NCBI RefSeq assembly: GCF_041447285.1 | Contig: NZ_JBGMEB010000026.1 | Span: 1 to 64,000 of the forward strand | DNA length: 64,000 nt | Direction of reading: 5' to 3' | Source: Methanomethylovorans sp. | Lineage (GTDB): Archaea > Halobacteriota > Methanosarcinia > Methanosarcinales > Methanosarcinaceae | Part shown: positions 1 through 10,022 of the stretch, in pieces | Layout of the letters: each line of letters opens with the position of its first letter | Numbering within the stretch: position 1 is the first letter of the stretch | The notes under the pieces: generated by a model | Told to the model about the DNA's origin: nothing | What the model saw: only the letters and a program-made list of their open reading frames with translations | Databases searched by the model: none | Made by a program: the position numbers and the translations under genes

Positions 1-270
1 CTTATCAACTATTGGTACTTACTGAATTGCAAAATAAAGTTAAACTCAGGAATTCGTTTGGAAGGCTATTCTAAAAAAGTACATCAAATTAGAATAGAAA
101 TCTAAGGAGCTAATTTGATGGCCTCTAAGAGTATTCCTGTATAATAAAGAAAGGGGACAATGAGTATTTATTATATATTAAATTTTGCATCAAAATGTTT
201 GACTCGACAGAATAGACGACTGCAACTTATATTTTCCAAGAACATATAAGATAAGCATAATTAAGATTAC

Positions 271-1335
271 ATGAAGCGGAAGTTCACCGTGACACAGATA
301 GACCTTACACCGCTCAAAGGAATGAATTTTAGTTGTCTGGAAGGATGCGGGTTCTGTTGCAGTTATCCTGCAGAAGTAATGGAATCTGAGGATAGTTTTT
401 TCCGGATTAAAGATATGGAACCTGCTGCCTTAAAAAAGTGGGAGACAACTGACCCTCAATTCTGTAATGTATTCACTATGAAACAACAGAATGATATCGG
501 TGCCTGCATTTACCTCAGGGAAGATAACAGATGTGGCATCTACCCTATACGTTCAATTATTTGCAGGAACTATCCAATCAAGATATTTTTCGGCTGGCGT
601 ATACAGTTATATGTCACTATGACATGCAGAGGAGTTATTGAAGCGCCTGGTTCTTCCAAACTACTTCAAACGGGAGAACAGGTTATTTCAGAGACGCCCT
701 CTGAAATCATACTGCAAAGAATATCTAAAGCAGATGAAATGTATTCATCTTTGCCGCAGGTACTGGAAAATTACATTCCTCCTGAAGCATTGCAGAAAAA
801 ACTTATAGAATGCGCCTCCTCCATTGTGATCGATCCCTTCAAATTATCAGAGGAATGCATCACAGACTTTGAATCACAGTTATCATCTGACAACTTCATG
901 GATCTGCCCACTTATTTATCTAAAGATCTGAAATGGATGGTCTTTAAGCTGGAAGAAAACCAGATAAAGGAACTGATACTCAAAAGAAACGGTGAAACTG
1001 AAACCACTAGAGTAACAGATTATTCAGGGATCAGACCAAGAGCCTGCTCTGCTGCTGCAATCAAATACATGCGCCAATATTTGTTGAATATCGCACACCA
1101 TGACCATTTTACAGGAATGGTTTATTTGAATGCAATAAACTCAGGAGCATATGACTCAATTGTTGATCAGGGAGTCCATTTATTAAATAAAATTGCCGGA
1201 GAATTCCTGGTTAAAGCGAATTTTCTGGCAGCTATCGGAAACCATAAAGAGATAGATGAAGAACTGGTGCGTGAGACCATTATTTTCTCTGATGGATATT
1301 TAGCTACATGCCCAGCCTATGGAATTGTTATATGA
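271..1335 (+). CDS. YkgJ/UPF0153-family protein with an N-terminal CxxCxxCC domain and a long (~230 aa) C-terminal extension of unknown function
   Basis: The N-terminus has CLEGCGFCC followed by C(G)IYPIRSIICRNYP. This matches the COG0727/PF03692 signature CxxCxxCC...C.IY..RP..CR.YP. Confidence 0.55.
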   Translation: MKRKFTVTQIDLTPLKGMNFSCLEGCGFCCSYPAEVMESEDSFFRIKDMEPAALKKWETTDPQFCNVFTMKQQNDIGACIYLREDNRCGIYPIRSIICRNYPIKIFFGWRIQLYVTMTCRGVIEAPGSSKLLQTGEQVISETPSEIILQRISKADEMYSSLPQVLENYIPPEALQKKLIECASSIVIDPFKLSEECITDFESQLSSDNFMDLPTYLSKDLKWMVFKLEENQIKELILKRNGETETTRVTDYSGIRPRACSAAAIKYMRQYLLNIAHHDHFTGMVYLNAINSGAYDSIVDQGVHLLNKIAGEFLVKANFLAAIGNHKEIDEELVRETIIFSDGYLATCPAYGIVI

Positions 1336-1390
1336 TTGAACTTGATACAAGAAAGGAGATTTTGAAATATTGGCTTTGAATATAAAAGAA

Positions 1391-1612
1391 TTAAGTCTGT
1401 GTTTCCTGAACAGGCTCTTTTACTTCATAGACAAATAGTTCCTCAATAGGAACCTCGAACAGCTGAGATAGTTTGAATGCAAGTTCAAGAGAAGGATCGT
1501 ATTTTCCCTTTTCAATTGCATTTATCGTCTGCCTTGTTACATGCAGTTTGTCCGCCAGAGCTTCCTGGGTAAGGTCGTGAATAGCTCTGTGAACTTTTAT
1601 TTTGTTCTTCAT
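1391..1612 (-). CDS. XRE-family helix-turn-helix transcriptional regulator (short Cro/C1-like)
   Basis: IKVHRAIHDLTQEALADKLHVTRQTINAIEKGKYDPSLELAFKLSQLFEVPIEELF is a classic HTH_XRE motif. The likely start is the internal MKNKIKV, because the ORF-track N-terminal extension overlaps the upstream gene. Confidence 0.7.
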   Translation of the reverse strand: MKNKIKVHRAIHDLTQEALADKLHVTRQTINAIEKGKYDPSLELAFKLSQLFEVPIEELFVYEVKEPVQETQT

Positions 1613-1613
1613 C

Positions 1614-2009
1614 CTATGCCTCGTATTTCCTGTTGTAGTACGAGTAAAGGATTGCATAAAGCAATATAATAAGACAGCTTGCATAGGCAAGGAAAAAGCC
1701 AAGATCCATATATTGAGGATATATGTTTCTCATTGATATGAGAATGGAGCCAACTACAGCAAAGCATATAGCAACAATTTTAATTGTGAGGGTGGAAGCA
1801 AGATGACCTATGTGAAAGTTCATTTCATCTTCCACAACCCCATTAACTGTTTTTTTGGCAAGATATAGCACCACCATGCCTGCAAACATACCCCCGCCTA
1901 CGAGTACCGGATTCCCTATAGAAGATGCAAATCCTACAATTGCTCCGACAGCCACTACAATAATAAACGAGAAAACGCTGAATTGATTTTTCTTCATATT
2001 GAGCCTCAT
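1614..2009 (-). CDS. small polytopic membrane protein (DUF2975-like) co-transcribed with the downstream XRE regulator
   Basis: 131 aa with 3-4 hydrophobic helices. It sits immediately upstream of, and abuts, the HTH gene, a common two-gene module. Confidence 0.5.
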   Translation of the reverse strand: MRLNMKKNQFSVFSFIIVVAVGAIVGFASSIGNPVLVGGGMFAGMVVLYLAKKTVNGVVEDEMNFHIGHLASTLTIKIVAICFAVVGSILISMRNIYPQYMDLGFFLAYASCLIILLYAILYSYYNRKYEA

Positions 2010-2133
2010 ATGTATTATAAACTACATTAAGTAAATTTAAATTAACATAATGTACTGTTTACTTTACATTATGTAAAACATGTATATAAAGATACTCAAT
2101 GAAAACGAATAATGAAGGTTTATCTTTTATACT

Positions 2134-2577
2134 ATGCTATCTGAGATCTATTATCGAACAGGTGATGCAATGGTAAAGCTTAATTCATCTATGAAAGACG
2201 CATTTTCCAAAATGAGGATATTTCCACTGGCAACCGCTTCAAAAGAAGGCGTTCCAAATGTCATACCCATCGGCTTCTGTAAATTGCAGGAAGACGATGA
2301 AACGGTCTGGATAGCCGATAACTTTTTCCTGAAAACACTTGAAAACCTCAAGGAAAATCCCATGGTTGCCCTGTATGTATGGGGACCTGAGACACAGGGC
2401 TGTTTCCAGATAAAAGGCCCCATAGAGATCAAAACAAGTGGTGAAGATTACGAAAAGATGTACAAGATGGTCAAGTCCATGGGAGACAGATTCCCAGCCA
2501 GAAGCCTTGTGGTATTGAAGATCACAGAAGTATACGAGTGCATATCAGGCCCTGATGCAGGCAAAAGGCTGCTCTGA
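2134..2577 (+). CDS. pyridoxamine 5'-phosphate oxidase-like FMN-binding split-barrel family protein
   Basis: Size (~135-147 aa) and the motifs IFPLATASKEGVPNVIPIGF ... ENPMVALYVW resemble the PNPOx-like/general stress protein 26 fold. The start may be the internal MVKL. Confidence 0.45.
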   Translation: MLSEIYYRTGDAMVKLNSSMKDAFSKMRIFPLATASKEGVPNVIPIGFCKLQEDDETVWIADNFFLKTLENLKENPMVALYVWGPETQGCFQIKGPIEIKTSGEDYEKMYKMVKSMGDRFPARSLVVLKITEVYECISGPDAGKRLL

Positions 2578-2600
2578 AATTGCTCCGAATTATTCCTTTT

Positions 2601-3398
2601 TTAATCCAAATAAATTTGAGCAACTTCCCACTCGGCTTCAAGTAAGTGTTTCACAAAGAAAACAAACTCTTTTCCATTGGACCAGATAGCTGCGAGCTCT
2701 TCTCTTGAACCTGCATCTTTCCTGAGATTTATCAACACCTCAGAGCTATCTACTAAAATAACTCCACCTTTTCTGAATTCTTCGTCTTTGAGAGTATACA
2801 ATCTAAGTTCTGCTGCTGGAATTTGTTTTGCTATATCCTGCAATTCCGCTGGCGAATAGACGATTATACGCACTTTAACACCTTCGCTGATCTTGCGATT
2901 TAATACCTCAGCAAGTTCCTGATGGTGCTTTTCTACCAGCGGGTACATATTTTCAAGATCCCTGAAACCTGGATGAGGGGTTTCTGCAATTATTTCGGAT
3001 CTTGCATTGCAAATAACCTGGATTATCCTGTCAGTTACATTTTTCAGGCCGTTTATAGTCCAGACAACCTCTTCCTGAATTTCATTATCCTCACTTGAGT
3101 ATACCTCTTCAAGTTTTTCAAGAGCTAATTCAGTTTCCTGCTCAAAATCCTTTTTGATCTTTTCAATGGCTTCCTGAGGGCAGATGCATTTGTATCGCAT
3201 GGGCTTTGTATGCTGCACTTCAATAAGACCACGTTCAGCAAGCTTTTTTAGGACTCCGTATACAGCAGGCCTTGGTATGCCTGAGAACATATGAAGGTCT
3301 GTGGCTGTGCCGCTCCCATACCTGTTCAATGCCACAAAGACCTTGGCCTCATACTCGGTAAGTCCTAAATTCTTAAGAGAATCAATAAGTGAAAACAT
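2601..3398 (-). CDS. TrmB-family transcriptional regulator
   Basis: N-terminal LGLTEYEAKVFVALNRYGSGTATDLHMFSGIPRPAVYGVLKKLAERGLIEV is the TrmB winged-HTH. A C-terminal sensor-like domain follows. Confidence 0.8.
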   Translation of the reverse strand: MFSLIDSLKNLGLTEYEAKVFVALNRYGSGTATDLHMFSGIPRPAVYGVLKKLAERGLIEVQHTKPMRYKCICPQEAIEKIKKDFEQETELALEKLEEVYSSEDNEIQEEVVWTINGLKNVTDRIIQVICNARSEIIAETPHPGFRDLENMYPLVEKHHQELAEVLNRKISEGVKVRIIVYSPAELQDIAKQIPAAELRLYTLKDEEFRKGGVILVDSSEVLINLRKDAGSREELAAIWSNGKEFVFFVKHLLEAEWEVAQIYLD

Positions 3399-3448
3399 GA
3401 AACTTTTTTCCTTTAAATTAAGGAGAGAGGGGTTTATTCTTTACCCGT

Positions 3449-4519
3449 CTATCCTTTTTTCTGTTTATTGTAGATGAAAAAACCACCTGCAGCAACGATC
3501 ACTATTAAAATGATCGCAAACAATCCAGTATAAGTTGACAATGACTCACCAAAAGACCTTGCAGGCAATGTTTCAGTCTTTATCTTAATAGTATCTGATA
3601 TCTGGCTATGCCCATCTTGATCCTCGTATTTGATCTCACTATTGATGGAATATGCCTTTGCCACTGCCATTTCATCAACTTTCAGCTTAAATAAAGCATC
3701 TGCTGTCTGCCCTGGCTCCAAGGTTCCTAAGAAAGCCTGATCGTCCGTAGTACTGAAAGGATCATCGGGGCTAATTCTGACTGTAGCGTCTTTTGCCGTC
3801 ATCTCTCCTGTGTTCTTATAGGTGACACGCAGCATCCCATCTGAATTTGCATATAGCGTACCTGTAGCATTCACCACCTCAAAATCAGCCTCATTATCTA
3901 CCTTTATGTTGATAGTCTGGTTCTGCTGACCCACAGCATACCACAGTCCCACTTCCATATTGGTGATACCCAGATCAGTTTCATCATCACCATTGATCTG
4001 AACATCCTGCTGATACCCATAATACAGTTGCAGGTTCAAGGGATAAGTGCCTGCGGGAGCATTCTTGGATATCTCTATGCTAAACTGCACAGGATCTTCA
4101 GTTTGCTGTCCGGAGGAAAGAGATCCAGCCTCTTGTGGTCCGGATTTGACTATTACGTATGGACTTGAAGAGTTGAGAATAGCTACAATACCAATAGCAG
4201 TAGTTCTCTGTGCTTCATAATTCATCTCTGTCATCTGCAACTTCTGTTCAAGTTCATCAAGGTCGTCTTTATCAGCTTCGTCCTCAAAGCCGCTGATAAC
4301 ACCTTTGTTCATCAGATTGAGGTCTATTGTTACTGTGTCCCCACGGGAATACTCATTATCCCCGATCAAAGTTGCAGTTACATTAGGTCCTCCGTAGACG
4401 GAATAGTAATTGTCATCAAAGTTAAAGAATTCAGGTAACTGTGCACATGCAGGTGCTGTAATGGAAATTACCAGAAATAAGAATGCTAATACATTAGTCA
4501 CATTTTTCAGGCTGTTCAT
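3449..4519 (-). CDS. COG1361-type cell-surface (S-layer domain-like) protein with signal peptide and C-terminal TM anchor
   Basis: It has a signal peptide and a beta-rich body with a conserved NAPAGTYPLNL motif shared with its neighbour. The C-terminal helix is GLFAIILIVIVAAGGFFIYNKQKKG. It overlaps the upstream paralog by 4 bp. Confidence 0.6.
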   Translation of the reverse strand: MNSLKNVTNVLAFLFLVISITAPACAQLPEFFNFDDNYYSVYGGPNVTATLIGDNEYSRGDTVTIDLNLMNKGVISGFEDEADKDDLDELEQKLQMTEMNYEAQRTTAIGIVAILNSSSPYVIVKSGPQEAGSLSSGQQTEDPVQFSIEISKNAPAGTYPLNLQLYYGYQQDVQINGDDETDLGITNMEVGLWYAVGQQNQTINIKVDNEADFEVVNATGTLYANSDGMLRVTYKNTGEMTAKDATVRISPDDPFSTTDDQAFLGTLEPGQTADALFKLKVDEMAVAKAYSINSEIKYEDQDGHSQISDTIKIKTETLPARSFGESLSTYTGLFAIILIVIVAAGGFFIYNKQKKG

Positions 4520-5628
4520 TCAATCCCTCTGTTCTTTTGGTTCATGCTCCTCAATATGTTCTTAGATATTATTACTATCAAAGTAATGATTATGCCGATG
4601 ATGGCAATGCCGGTGATATTCAATTTATCTTCAGTAGGTGTGACCGGGACATCCACTTTCATATTGCTTGAATATGCAATCTCACCGTCTGTATCGATGT
4701 ATTTGATCTCACTGTCCAATCCATATGTCTTCGCCACAGCTGTACGTTCTGAAGCGATCACAAATGATGCAGTTTTGCTTGAACCCGGTTCAATAGTGCC
4801 AAGGGGTTGTGTAGACCCACCACAAGAGAGAGGTTTCATTGCAACGATCCTTGCAGTAGCATCTGTTGCCGGAAGCTCCCCGGTGTTAGTATAGGTGACA
4901 TTTATGGTACTAGTGCTACCTGCTGAAAGCTGTCCCGACACTTCAGTAACTTCTAACCTGGGCTCAGGCTCTATAACTATCGGAATTGTTAAGGTTTTAT
5001 TTGCTGTCTGATAAAAGGTTTCATGATCCTTTGAAGGCATACCCTGAACAGCTGTGCTTCCCGCAGTCATTCGTATATCTTTTTGATATTCATATGCAAG
5101 AGGAAGAACCAGCATATAGACACCAGCAGGTGCATTTTCTGAGATTGTCAGAGTAAATACAAGAGGATCGGGCAATTGTCCCGGAAAAACTTCTTCCAAG
5201 GTCTGGCTGTTAGTGGTCGGGTCAACATCTATATATTCTGAATTGGTAACCAAGGTCGCTTTCACACCATAAGCAACAGTACGGAGAGATTCATAGTTCA
5301 GCTCTTTGATGGAAAGAGCCTGTTTAGTTTCAGAAGTACCGACACCTTGTGCACTCTTAGCCCCATAGAGCACTCCCCTGTTGGAAATAACGATCTTTAG
5401 ATCTCTTGTTTCCCCTCTTTTAACTTCAGCATCTCCAAGCACTGAAGCATAAAGGTCCGGTTCTCCGTAGCTTGTGTAAAAGTTTGTAGTCTGCTGATAT
5501 GTAGCTGGCAAGAACTCCTTTGCAGAAGCAGGACATACTCCCACAGCTGAAAGCATGCTAAGCATAATCACAACTACCAGAATGATGGAAAAGCACGCTG
5601 TAATTCGTTTATAATATCTATTGTTCAT
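4516..5628 (-). CDS. COG1361-type cell-surface protein, paralog of 3449-4519
   Basis: Same architecture as its neighbour, with the motif NAPAGVYMLVL and a C-terminal TM anchor. It overlaps the MMPL gene by 4 bp. Confidence 0.6.
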   Translation of the reverse strand: MNNRYYKRITACFSIILVVVIMLSMLSAVGVCPASAKEFLPATYQQTTNFYTSYGEPDLYASVLGDAEVKRGETRDLKIVISNRGVLYGAKSAQGVGTSETKQALSIKELNYESLRTVAYGVKATLVTNSEYIDVDPTTNSQTLEEVFPGQLPDPLVFTLTISENAPAGVYMLVLPLAYEYQKDIRMTAGSTAVQGMPSKDHETFYQTANKTLTIPIVIEPEPRLEVTEVSGQLSAGSTSTINVTYTNTGELPATDATARIVAMKPLSCGGSTQPLGTIEPGSSKTASFVIASERTAVAKTYGLDSEIKYIDTDGEIAYSSNMKVDVPVTPTEDKLNITGIAIIGIIITLIVIISKNILRSMNQKNRGIE

Positions 5629-7973
5629 ATGGTGCTAACCTCCGTTGCCTTGGCATGGTTAGTATTCATGGTTTTCATTTTCTTTTTCGAGATCCTTTGT
5701 TCCCTGTGCTTGTCCAATAAGACCAACACGGGAGGGAATACTACAAATGTAGCAAACAGTGCCAACGTAACATCAATTACCGTAATGAAGCCAAAATTGC
5801 TGGTCATACTAAAGGGAGAAGCGATCAATGCAGCAAAACCAAAAACGGTAGTAAGTCCGGAACTGATAATGGCTTTCCCCATCTTGAGACCTGCCTCATG
5901 CATAGCCTCATCAGGCGTGGCGCCTTTATCTTTCTCTTCGAAATATCTCTCCATCATAAGGATAGCATATTCGGAACCCACTCCAAGAATAAGTGCACCA
6001 AGAGTTGCTGTCATGGGAGTGTATTCGAGACCTGTATAATACATGATACCTCCGGACCATCCTACTACTATCAGCATTGTAATGACAGGAGTCAGAGCTT
6101 TAAGGTGATCTCTGTAAATTGCCATCAGTCCTATGAAGACCATGACTATACCAAGCATTGTCATCAACATACGCCCTGAAGTAAGCGCACCGATCACCTC
6201 AAAGAAAACTACAGAATTTCCGGTGATAGTAACAGTGGTGCCAGGAGGCGGAACAAACCATTTAATGTCTTCTTCGACGGTATCCGAAAGTTCAGATATA
6301 CCTTCAAGTCCAAGTTCCCCCATAGCGTTGCCGATGTTAAGGTTCAGCACCATGATATTCCCGCCATGGAGGTACCATTGTTTCTGGCTATCTGGTATCT
6401 GTGCATATATATGTTCTACTTCTTCGGCAGTATCCGGGATCTCACCGCGGTTCATTTCTTTTACAAGAGACACAATACTATTGGACCCATATATGTGAGA
6501 TCTGCCCTCAACTTCGTGCTGTGAGAACTCGTCAATCCATTTAAGCAGGTCAGGATTGGCATTGTCGTCTGTTTTAATTACAAGATTTAGCTGATCGGTA
6601 CCACCCAGTATGCTTCCAAGATGTTTGAGGTCCAATAAAGCAGGCATGTCCTGTGGGACAAAAGTCTGGACATCTGTCTGCAGGGGAACCATAGAATCCA
6701 CGTACATGCCACCAAGACAGGACAAGCTTGCAATAATTAGGATAATCCATGGATATTTTAATGTGAAAGAAGTCATCTTCCCGATCAATCGATCTAATAT
6801 ATCAGGTTGTGTTGTGTTGCTTGGATGATCATTCTTTTTATTGATACCTTTTTTCGAGTTCTTTCTATCCTCCAGGCGATGCAGAGTATAGATGACTGTG
6901 ACACCTACAAAGAGGGAAACAATAAAACACATGACTATTCCTATGAGCAGAAGTTTTCCAAAATCCTGTATCATGGGCACTGCAGATGTAAACAGAGAAA
7001 AGAAACCCAGAGCTGTGATGATCAGAGCTATAAGCACTGCAGGTCCGATGTGCTTAATAGTTTGCACCACTGCTTCAGCAGCATCTTCTCCTTTTGCAAG
7101 TTCTTCCTCTATGCGGTTATGGAACTGGATAGCATAATCGATCCCAAGCCCGATAAGTACCGGAAAAGCGGCCATTGATACCATTGTCATGGGTATGTTC
7201 ATGAAACCCATTGCACCGAAAGTTAATATGATACCCAGAAGTACAATTGGTAACGGAAGTAGTCTCCACCGAACATGCTTGAATACCATATAAAGTACTA
7301 CTAGCATCAGTATGGCTGATATCCCAAGCAACGGCCCCATGCTTGAGTTCATCTCGTAGTTAAGTGCAACATTAAAAGCAGGATCACCGGTTACTATCAC
7401 ATTGTAGTCCGGCGGAAACTTGGCAAACGCAACAGCTGACTCTGTCTGTTCCAATATCTCTTCCTGCATCTGGTCCGTGGTAGTTCCTTCTATTACAACA
7501 GACATGAAAGCGTGGGTGTCATCAGGCATAAGAGCAGAAGGCATGTATGAAGCCACTATACCCTTTATAGTTGCTTCATCATCGGGTATTTCTGCATTCC
7601 CGGTCATTTTGTAGTTAACTTCTTTTATAACGGTGGAAGGAGAAGTCACTTCAATTACACCTGGTATATTAGCAGCTGAAAGCTGGGCCCTGTCCAAGGC
7701 TTTGAGAAGTTCCGGATTTGTGATATCCTGACCCTCGACCATCACAACTATTGACTGGGTGCTGAAAAGATTAAGATAAAGATGGTCAAAATCCTGATAC
7801 AGCTTGGAGGTCTTTTCAACAAAAGTATCAGTCCCTGATTTCATTTCAATGAGCTGGGCTCCCTGCAGGGAGAGGACTATTAACAGCAGCGCAATCAGTC
7901 CGATAGCTACTGAGTTGTCCTCGATGAAGACTCCAAGTTTTTCAAATATGCCTTTTATAATTACACACCTCAA
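5625..7973 (-). CDS. MMPL/RND-superfamily exporter (COG1033-type)
   Basis: 782 aa with two 6-TM bundles, each preceded by a large extracytoplasmic loop. Glycine-rich TM segments are typical of MMPL/SSD transporters. Confidence 0.75.
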   Translation of the reverse strand: MRCVIIKGIFEKLGVFIEDNSVAIGLIALLLIVLSLQGAQLIEMKSGTDTFVEKTSKLYQDFDHLYLNLFSTQSIVVMVEGQDITNPELLKALDRAQLSAANIPGVIEVTSPSTVIKEVNYKMTGNAEIPDDEATIKGIVASYMPSALMPDDTHAFMSVVIEGTTTDQMQEEILEQTESAVAFAKFPPDYNVIVTGDPAFNVALNYEMNSSMGPLLGISAILMLVVLYMVFKHVRWRLLPLPIVLLGIILTFGAMGFMNIPMTMVSMAAFPVLIGLGIDYAIQFHNRIEEELAKGEDAAEAVVQTIKHIGPAVLIALIITALGFFSLFTSAVPMIQDFGKLLLIGIVMCFIVSLFVGVTVIYTLHRLEDRKNSKKGINKKNDHPSNTTQPDILDRLIGKMTSFTLKYPWIILIIASLSCLGGMYVDSMVPLQTDVQTFVPQDMPALLDLKHLGSILGGTDQLNLVIKTDDNANPDLLKWIDEFSQHEVEGRSHIYGSNSIVSLVKEMNRGEIPDTAEEVEHIYAQIPDSQKQWYLHGGNIMVLNLNIGNAMGELGLEGISELSDTVEEDIKWFVPPPGTTVTITGNSVVFFEVIGALTSGRMLMTMLGIVMVFIGLMAIYRDHLKALTPVITMLIVVGWSGGIMYYTGLEYTPMTATLGALILGVGSEYAILMMERYFEEKDKGATPDEAMHEAGLKMGKAIISSGLTTVFGFAALIASPFSMTSNFGFITVIDVTLALFATFVVFPPVLVLLDKHREQRISKKKMKTMNTNHAKATEVSTI

Positions 7974-8168
7974 CTGTTACAGCTTTTTGTCAGGATATGT
8001 GCCTTATAGAAGAGACTTATATTTATAGTTTCCTATAAAAATACGACTTTGTTGTTATTAAAATAACAACTAAAAATAATGATAAATAGTTGCACATATA
8101 GCACTTTATAGTTCTACGTAGAAGGAAAAGAAAAGGAAAAAAGAGAAACACAGAAAAAGAAACGTTTG

Positions 8169-10022
8169 TCATTCAAGCTTTTCGCCACATTGCATACAGA
8201 ATTTTTCTCCTTCTTCCGCATCTCTACCGCATTTTGGACATTTCTTCTTCCCTGCACCGATATTCGAGCGCTGTATAACACTATCCTGAATGGTAGTGGT
8301 GCTGGTAATGTTGTATTGAGTAGTGGCCGTGTCCACAAAGAGATTTACATCTGTTCTTTTTTGGATCTCTTCAAGCATCTTATGATAGAAACCTGTAAGT
8401 GCTTCTTCTTTCTGAGCCCAGGCTTTAAGTATCAGGCGAGATTTACGTTTCCCAACTACTTCCACATAGGCTGCATATTCCATACCTGAAACACCTTCAG
8501 CGAAGAACCTTGCAACACCTGTGAAAAGCTGCGGCGTAGAAGTCGTTTCCGGATTTAGCATGTACAGGTTCAAGTCCCTGAGCACTCTTGAAGAGATATC
8601 AAAAAGATTCTCTGCAGGAATATCGAGGTCAAGGCTTTCTTCTTCTGCCACAAGCATCTTGTTAACCTTTTGCCTCCAGGCATCTTCATGGATTTCCCGT
8701 CTTCTTAGCACAGGGCAGATAATGCTTACCATCTTGCTTACAATATCGCCTTTTCTTCTTTTCCTCAGGCTATAGTCATAATATGTAATGGAACCTGAGA
8801 TCGCACAATCACCGCATTCGCCTGTGGGACGTATCTCGAATGTCGCTGTTTTACTTTCACCTGGTTCCAGCATGGAGATGGTCTTTTCCTTCTCCTGCAT
8901 ATAGAATACATCAGGAACGAACAAATCCACTTTTATGTCACCTATCGGGTCTTTGGAAAGGTTCTCAACTTTTACCTTATACTGGATAGAGGCACCTGCA
9001 TATTGGAATGCTGATTTTACCACAATAGGAATTCCGTTCTTCCCGGTTACAGGAGGTGTATTAACAGATTCAGTTATCTTTTTCTGTGGCTTTTCAGTGG
9101 GCAGGGGTGGTGACATTACAGGAGTGGACTCAACAACTACTGGTGGAGCTTTGCTAACTTTATTTATAACAACTGGTTCCACTGTCTTTTTTTGCTTAGT
9201 GCCCTTTTTCTTACCTTTGAGAAGGAGTACTAAGAATAGCAGAAGGAACACCACCACAACAAGAATCATTAACAGGCCCAGGACACCATATATTGCATCA
9301 TCAGTCTGGGTAGAGTCACTATATCCCGTACCGGAAATGTCAGTGATCGTTGAAAGCGTGCGTGGATGATAGTATACCACCCCGGCATAAACATAGACGC
9401 TCTCTTCCAGACTCTGGTATCCTACTTTGGAGAGTCCTATAGTGTGGGTGCCTGCCTGCACATCATATATCCAAAAATAGTCAGAGCCGGTCGTACCCAT
9501 ATAGTAACCATCCAGATATACTTCCACTCCCGGAGGTGTGGTAGTTATGGCAATGGAACCAGTAGTGGAGGTGGTGGAAGTAGTAGATGTGGTAGAGGCA
9601 GTATCAGTAGTGTACGTTTCTTCTGAACTAACCTCTACATTAGAGATCAACACATAATTAATATAATAAGCGTCAGTGTACAGGCTGTCAATGTCAAAAT
9701 CAATACTGATCTTGTCATCATAGTATGAGAAATGCGTTCCGGGACTGTAAATCTGGTCAATGAGCACAACTGAGCCATAAGTAATCGAAAGTTCCACAGT
9801 ATTGCTGTAAGTGTCCACTGAGTATACATTCAAGTAATAGCCATTGTCCACTTCAATGAAACTGTATTCCATCAGAGGAATGCTATCGTCATAGTAAGTG
9901 TAGTCACTGAGGGGAATTATACCGTCAGCTGAACTTGCCAAGGGGATGGCAAATATAGACAGCAAGAGAAATAATGCATAGGTATAGGACTTGTGGATCA
10001 GCATATGCCACATCCTTTCCAA
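8169..10022 (-). CDS. single-pass membrane protein: secreted Tyr/Thr-rich N-terminal region with PEGA domain, TM helix, cytoplasmic domain, C-terminal zinc ribbon
   Basis: It has a signal peptide and an STT repeat tract. The PEGA-like segment is PPGVEVYLDGYYMGTTG...AGTHTIGLSKVGYQSLEESVYV. The TM helix is LLMILVVVVFLLLFLVLLL followed by KGKKKG. The C-terminus is CPKCGRDAEEGEKFCMQCGEKLE. Confidence 0.6.
   Translation of the reverse strand: MERMWHMLIHKSYTYALFLLLSIFAIPLASSADGIIPLSDYTYYDDSIPLMEYSFIEVDNGYYLNVYSVDTYSNTVELSITYGSVVLIDQIYSPGTHFSYYDDKISIDFDIDSLYTDAYYINYVLISNVEVSSEETYTTDTASTTSTTSTTSTTGSIAITTTPPGVEVYLDGYYMGTTGSDYFWIYDVQAGTHTIGLSKVGYQSLEESVYVYAGVVYYHPRTLSTITDISGTGYSDSTQTDDAIYGVLGLLMILVVVVFLLLFLVLLLKGKKKGTKQKKTVEPVVINKVSKAPPVVVESTPVMSPPLPTEKPQKKITESVNTPPVTGKNGIPIVVKSAFQYAGASIQYKVKVENLSKDPIGDIKVDLFVPDVFYMQEKEKTISMLEPGESKTATFEIRPTGECGDCAISGSITYYDYSLRKRRKGDIVSKMVSIICPVLRRREIHEDAWRQKVNKMLVAEEESLDLDIPAENLFDISSRVLRDLNLYMLNPETTSTPQLFTGVARFFAEGVSGMEYAAYVEVVGKRKSRLILKAWAQKEEALTGFYHKMLEEIQKRTDVNLFVDTATTQYNITSTTTIQDSVIQRSNIGAGKKKCPKCGRDAEEGEKFCMQCGEKLE

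Noticed and set aside
2151-2432. 93-aa minus-strand ORF fully inside the PNPOx-like gene.
   Set aside because: It is antisense-overlapping with low-complexity composition, and the + strand gene has a recognisable fold motif.
4544-7178. Multiple + strand ORFs (4544-4894, 5629-6039, 5898-6179, 6133-6498, 6807-7178 and others) opposite the COG1361 and MMPL genes.
   Set aside because: They are shadow ORFs antisense to long, well-supported membrane and surface protein genes. They are Cys/His- or Ser-rich with no start context.
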